Positions 63,608-64,000 of a stretch of DNA of 64,000 bases are shown here, piece after piece. Both the position numbers and the translations under genes were made by a program. Position 1 is the first letter of the stretch. Each line of letters opens with the position of its first letter. Source of the stretch: Treponemataceae bacterium (GTDB taxonomy: Bacteria > Spirochaetota > Spirochaetia > Treponematales > Rectinemataceae); assembly GCA_963667725.2 (NCBI GenBank), contig CAXXHO010000003.1, positions 320,001 to 384,000 on the forward strand, written 5' to 3'. The notes under the pieces were generated by a model. The model saw nothing but the letters and a program-made list of their open reading frames with translations, had not been told where the DNA came from and made no database searches.

Positions 63608-64000
63608 ATGAAAAAACCGGCAACCAAATTCCTAATCGCACTCCTCGCAATCCTGATGGCTTTCGTTGGCATGGTTAGCGCCGATGAGCCGCCCAAGGCA
63701 GGACTTCCCGTGCTCACTACTTCTGCAGGGCAGAGCACTGGTGTTGTCATCGTCAATGCGCTCTCCGATCGGATAGGCTTGAAGTACGACTATTGCGATG
63801 TGCCCACAGTCGAACAGTTCGCGGCCGGTGTCGGGTTAGGCAATTTCCATGAAGCGGAGGGTTTTCACCTTACATCGAAATCCGAAGCGAAAAAAGGCAC
63901 GCCCTACAAGACGATAATCTTCGCTGTTGGCGCCAGTCTTAAAGGCATGGGCGCATCTGGATTGTCTATGGATGATGAGATATCGCGGATCAAAAAAATA
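63608..64000 (+). CDS. Exported DUF6305-like protein (runs off the window)
   Basis: MKKPATKFLIALL...PVLTTSAGQS...GASLKGMGASG; paralog of 8197-8784. Confidence 0.7.
   Translation, partial: MKKPATKFLIALLAILMAFVGMVSADEPPKAGLPVLTTSAGQSTGVVIVNALSDRIGLKYDYCDVPTVEQFAAGVGLGNFHEAEGFHLTSKSEAKKGTPYKTIIFAVGASLKGMGASGLSMDDEISRIKKI

Overview
Bacterial chromosomal window, probably from a spirochaete-like anaerobe (inferred from gene content only). Left (1-14.6 kb): a sugar ABC/isomerase operon with an unusual DeoR fusion regulator, a toxin-antitoxin pair truncated by a degenerate IS3, and a CdaR-associated catabolic cluster (DUF6305-like protein, permease, deacylase, C69 peptidase, glycerate kinase). Centre (17282-44386): a ~27 kb AT-rich integrative element in tRNA-Ala(CGC), bounded by a 48-bp direct repeat. 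It encodes a tyrosine integrase, an excisionase-like protein, a P-loop helicase-like protein and a Prim-Pol, with no virion or conjugation genes. Its cargo is a BspA-like lipoprotein, AbiGi, a peptide plus radical SAM/SPASM pair, type I R-M, and four integron-type gene cassettes (attC sites, no intI) carrying Hachiman and three candidate defence genes. Right: an Opp/Dpp transporter, thrH, and a tRNA-Thr(CGT) 3' fragment that probably marks a second island. Beyond it are a histidine kinase fused to a sugar-ABC ATPase domain, a sigma54 activator, a divergent sugar ABC/ALDH/RidA operon with a sigma54 promoter, and IS debris. All product calls come from motif recognition, not database searches.
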